Positions 56,593 to 59,494 of a DNA stretch of 59,494 bases are shown here, in pieces. The position numbers and the translations under genes were made by a program. The notes below the pieces were generated by a model, which ran no database searches, had not been told where the DNA came from, and saw nothing but the letters and a program-made list of their open reading frames with translations. This stretch comes from an uncultured bacterium. Its GTDB lineage: Bacteria > Fidelibacterota > Marinisomatia > Marinisomatales > UBA1611. The first letter of the stretch is position 1; each line of letters begins with the position of its first letter. The DNA lies in contig CAZEER010000002.1 in NCBI GenBank assembly GCA_964511215.1, positions 1 through 59,494 on the forward strand, read 5' to 3'.

Positions 56593-57595
56593 TAATATGC
56601 AAGATAGGTTTGAACTACAAAAATCAATTATGGAGGATGGTAAGCTTTTTAAATTAATTTGTGGCGCTGGGAATGAGGATGCTGAAGAAGTTTATAAACT
56701 TTGTTTAGTCTATACATTGGCAGGGACTAATGCGATTGACATGTCTGCTAATGTTGAAGTAGTAAGATCTGCAGTGGAGGGGGTAAATGCTGCAGAAGAG
56801 CTTTTAGAAAAATATAATTTAAAAAACTACGTTCGTCCATATTTGACGGTTTCAATTGGGATGCCTGGAGATCACCATGTTAGAAAAGCTAAGATACTAA
56901 ATGATAAATGTACAGAGTGTGACGCGTGTATTCCTGTATGTCCAACGGATGCTATTCCAGATATTTTAAATATAATTGAAAGTAGGTGTATTGGTTGTGG
57001 TGCATGTGGAGTTGCATGTCAAGATGATGCAATTGGCTATAGTCATAAAGAAATAGAAATTGAATCTGTGCTTGAAGACTGTGTTAACTTAGGCGTAGAA
57101 AACATTGAATTGCATGCTTCTGTTATTGATGATAAACCAGTGTTAAATGAATGGAATATTGTAAATAAAATAAATCCTAATGGCTTTAATAGTGTTTGCA
57201 TTGATAGAGGTTATCTCTCTAATCATGCTCTCCAAGTTAGAATAAAGAATATGTTGGAAATCTGCGAAGATCGGATGATCGTTCAAGCAGATGGAATTCC
57301 TATGTCGGGTGGTTCAGATGATTTTAGAACTACACTTCAAGCCGTAGCATGTGCTGATATTGTTGATAAATTTTCCTTACCTGTGCATATACTTTTATCT
57401 GGAGGGACGAACAGTCAGAGTATCAAACTTTCACAAGCATGCAGTGTACCATTTGCAGGTGTCTCAATTGGAACATATGCTAGGCATTTAGTTTATCCAT
57501 TTATTAATAATGCTAATTTTCCTAATCAAGAAATTTTAGATAATGCTGTTGGTGCAGCAAAACAACTAGTTGATACTTGTCTAAATCCGTCATGA
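56576..57595 (+). CDS. 4Fe-4S dicluster protein, LdpA-like architecture
   Basis: LFKLICGAGNED...VYTLAGTNAIDMSAN, CTECDACIPVCP and CIGCGACGVACQ, then VQADGIPMSGG and LLSGGTN, collinear with cyanobacterial LdpA as I recall it. Alternative start at ATG 56597. Confidence 0.6.
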   Translation: MNHTGSNMQDRFELQKSIMEDGKLFKLICGAGNEDAEEVYKLCLVYTLAGTNAIDMSANVEVVRSAVEGVNAAEELLEKYNLKNYVRPYLTVSIGMPGDHHVRKAKILNDKCTECDACIPVCPTDAIPDILNIIESRCIGCGACGVACQDDAIGYSHKEIEIESVLEDCVNLGVENIELHASVIDDKPVLNEWNIVNKINPNGFNSVCIDRGYLSNHALQVRIKNMLEICEDRMIVQADGIPMSGGSDDFRTTLQAVACADIVDKFSLPVHILLSGGTNSQSIKLSQACSVPFAGVSIGTYARHLVYPFINNANFPNQEILDNAVGAAKQLVDTCLNPS

Positions 57596-58356
57596 ATAAG
57601 GGTTTAAGGCAGAAAATAAAAATGAATCAGCCTGTTATTGGGACATGGAATACTATGGACTCGGTACTGTCAACTGAAGTTTTAGCAAGTAGTGGAATTG
57701 ATTTTTTGATTATTGATTTTGAACATGGGCCATTTCAAATTGCCAATGTACACAATTTTATTAATGCATCCTTGCTATATAATTGCTCTCCTATTGTAAG
57801 AGTACCAAAAAACACTCAATGGATGTCGCTTCAAGCGCTTGATCAAGGAGCAAATGGAATCATGATGCCTGGAATAAAAAATAAGCGTAGTGCTAAAAAA
57901 TTTATTGATCAAATAAAATATGCACCCGTTGGAAAAAGAGGATATTCACCTTTCACAAAGTCTGGAGGATTCTCAAACGAAAATTTAAATTATAAAAATG
58001 AAGCAAATGAATTAACCACATCAATTATTATTATAGAAGATATGGATGGGTTAAATAATATTGATGAAATATTAGAAGTTGATGCCCTAGATGTAATTTA
58101 CTTTGGTGCTTATGATTTATCACAAGTTTTAGGCTTTCCTGGTGACGTTTACAATAACAGGTTGCTCGACTTACTTAAGCCTGCTATTGAAAAAGTAACA
58201 AAAATAGGGAAATTTGCTGGAGGTTTTGTACCTCAAAATAAAGATGAATTAATATTTGTAAAAGAGCTAGGTATCAATTTTATTACATATGGAGTAGATA
58301 CTAATATTTTACATAAATCATTAAAAGCAATTAATGATTGGTTTAAATTTAATTAA
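57592..58356 (+). CDS. HpcH/HpaI-family class II (pyruvate) aldolase
   Basis: IGTWNTMDS...GIDFLIIDFEHGP, RVP, GIMMPG, FGAYDLS. ATG 57592 forms an ATGA overlap with the upstream stop. The ORF also opens at TTG 57577. Confidence 0.8.
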   Translation: MNKGLRQKIKMNQPVIGTWNTMDSVLSTEVLASSGIDFLIIDFEHGPFQIANVHNFINASLLYNCSPIVRVPKNTQWMSLQALDQGANGIMMPGIKNKRSAKKFIDQIKYAPVGKRGYSPFTKSGGFSNENLNYKNEANELTTSIIIIEDMDGLNNIDEILEVDALDVIYFGAYDLSQVLGFPGDVYNNRLLDLLKPAIEKVTKIGKFAGGFVPQNKDELIFVKELGINFITYGVDTNILHKSLKAINDWFKFN

Positions 58357-58371
58357 TTTGAATAATTATTA

Positions 58372-59109
58372 TTGAAAGTAGTAGGTCTAATTCCTTCTAG
58401 GTTAAAATCATCGCGATTGCCAGGAAAACCACTTAAAAATATTTGTGGTCTACCAATGATTGTACATGTATATAAAAGATGTCTTTTATCAGAGCTATTA
58501 GATGACGTGTTTGTTGTAACTGATAGTAACCAAATTAAATCTGCTGTTGAGAGTTTTGATGGTGAAGTTATTATGTCATCAAAAGAGCATCAAACAGGGA
58601 CAGATAGGATTGCTGAGGCAGCAAAAAACATTTCAGCCGATATTATTGTTAATATACAAGGGGATGAAGCTTTAGTTGTCCCGAGTCATATTGATAAGGT
58701 AACAAAAGCATTAATTAACGATCCAAAGTTGAATATTGCGATACTTGTTAATACTTTTTATAAGAAAGATTCTCTTTCTGATATAAAAGTAGTATTAAAT
58801 AATAGATCAGAGGTTTTGTATCTATCACGTAGTGATATCCCAAATGATTATCATAATAAAAACCAAGAAATGTTAAAAGCATATCACATTGTTCCTTTCA
58901 GAAAAAAATTCCTCTTAGAGTATACTAAAATGCCAAAAAGTTTTTTAGAATTAATAGAAAATAATGAATATTTGAGAATACTTGAAAATGGATATAACAT
59001 TAAAGCAGTAAAAGTCAATAGTTCTGCCATTAGCGTAGATACGTATGATGATTTGGAAATTGTAAGAAAATTAATGATAGCAGATAAGTATTTCAATTTA
59101 TACTCATAA
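58372..59109 (+). CDS. kdsB: 3-deoxy-manno-octulosonate cytidylyltransferase-like (CMP-ulosonic acid synthetase)
   Basis: IPSRLKSSRLPGKPL..ICGLPMIVHVYKR, HQTGTDRIAEA, IVNIQGDEALV; collinear with KdsB. TTG start. Confidence 0.75.
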   Translation: MKVVGLIPSRLKSSRLPGKPLKNICGLPMIVHVYKRCLLSELLDDVFVVTDSNQIKSAVESFDGEVIMSSKEHQTGTDRIAEAAKNISADIIVNIQGDEALVVPSHIDKVTKALINDPKLNIAILVNTFYKKDSLSDIKVVLNNRSEVLYLSRSDIPNDYHNKNQEMLKAYHIVPFRKKFLLEYTKMPKSFLELIENNEYLRILENGYNIKAVKVNSSAISVDTYDDLEIVRKLMIADKYFNLYS

Positions 59110-59494
59110 AAAAATTAGTTATAGATTCGTTAAATGAAACCAATTGGAATGAAACAAATATATGTTCATTAGTAATTGAACTTGATACTAAAAAATATAT
59201 TGATACTATAAAATAGATAAGATAATTGATCATAATTATTGATATTATTCTGGTTTTAATGATGTTGAAATTGATCGTAATACATTCGAGAAATTTAATT
59301 AAAAGCTAACAGTCATACTTAATATGAAGGTATGAATAAGGATATCAGCTTATTCGCGTTATAATTCTATAATTTTACATATTCTAATTGTAAAAGGAAT
59401 TCAATCTCATGGCAGAAAGTAAATAAGATTATAGAATAACAATCTTTATTTGATATGGTTTTTTTCACATCGTTGACTAATAGAAAGAATTTTT

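Noticed and set aside
59355-59445. Imperfect inverted repeat (GTTATAATTCTATAAT ... ATTATAGAATAAC) in the 3' non-coding tail
   Set aside because: Only about 9-10 bp match, in roughly 80% A+T sequence where such matches are expected by chance. No associated ORF or terminator-like T-run.
1-59494. CRISPR arrays, rRNA/tRNA genes, transposases, toxin-antitoxin or other defence systems
   Set aside because: Reading both strands I saw no regularly spaced repeats longer than the GGTAGTT octamers, no tRNA-like GC-rich cloverleaf segments, and no ORF with DDE/HUH/recombinase or nuclease/defence motifs. The window looks purely glycan-related. A proper tRNAscan/Infernal/CRISPR-finder run would be needed for certainty.

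Overview
AT-rich (about 30% G+C by eye) 59.5-kb window that is one continuous cell-surface glycan (capsule / O-antigen / glycoprotein-glycan) biosynthesis and export locus. I can support 56 CDS, all on the + strand, many translationally coupled through ATGA/TTGA overlaps. I found no rRNA, tRNA, CRISPR array, transposase or integrase. Modules in order: (1) 1-4256 fcl (cut by the window edge), galE, and a UDP-HexNAc 6-dehydrogenase with its 4-epimerase. (2) 4606-10363 export and regulation: a membrane protein with an integrase-Arm-like N-terminus, a 1018-aa Wza-like exporter with eight SLBB-type repeats, a wHTH regulator and a Wzz-like co-polymerase. (3) 10459-19116 a heptose-type nucleotide-sugar module: an HldE-like enzyme with swapped domain order, GmhA-like SIS isomerase, two SDRs, a HAD+kinase fusion, a short split transketolase, a methyltransferase and a Zn-ADH. 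(4) 19173-27049 a sugar-tailoring block: two DegT aminotransferases, two Zn-ribbon C-methyltransferase-like genes, two WbuC-type cupins, a methyltransferase, a NUDIX hydrolase and a formyltransferase-like gene. (5) 27080-30096 a putative transferase and an MsbA-type ABC exporter. (6) 30206-34720 a lipoprotein plus the uncharacterised trio DUF4956 membrane protein / CotH-family kinase with a beta-helix tail / VTC (CYTH-like) domain protein. (7) 34765-42210 a pseudaminic-acid pathway (pseB, pseC, pseH-like, pseI, and a cytidylyltransferase fused to a class-III aminotransferase) with no recognisable pseG. (8) 42264-47144 an ACP-dependent N-acylation module. (9) 47147-50715 a compositionally foreign (about 45% GC) mosaic. 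(10) 50716-59109 an RmlD-like reductase, a PFTS-motif transferase, two pyruvate-aldolase-type enzymes, a HAD phosphatase, Fpr-type reductase, LdpA-like 4Fe-4S protein and a KdsB-like cytidylyltransferase. The most interesting signals are the CotH/VTC/DUF4956 trio inside a glycan locus, the KdsA-less ulosonic-acid module with its own redox pair, and an ops-like GGTAGTT(A/G) direct-repeat motif confined to leader regions. Also notable are two genes whose conserved N-termini lie upstream of any canonical start codon, and the higher-GC island. All family assignments come from motif recognition by eye; no database search was run. Taxon is uncertain: the regulator and the giant Wza resemble FCB-group (Bacteroidota/Marinimicrobia-like) loci, but AGGAG Shine-Dalgarno sites are present.
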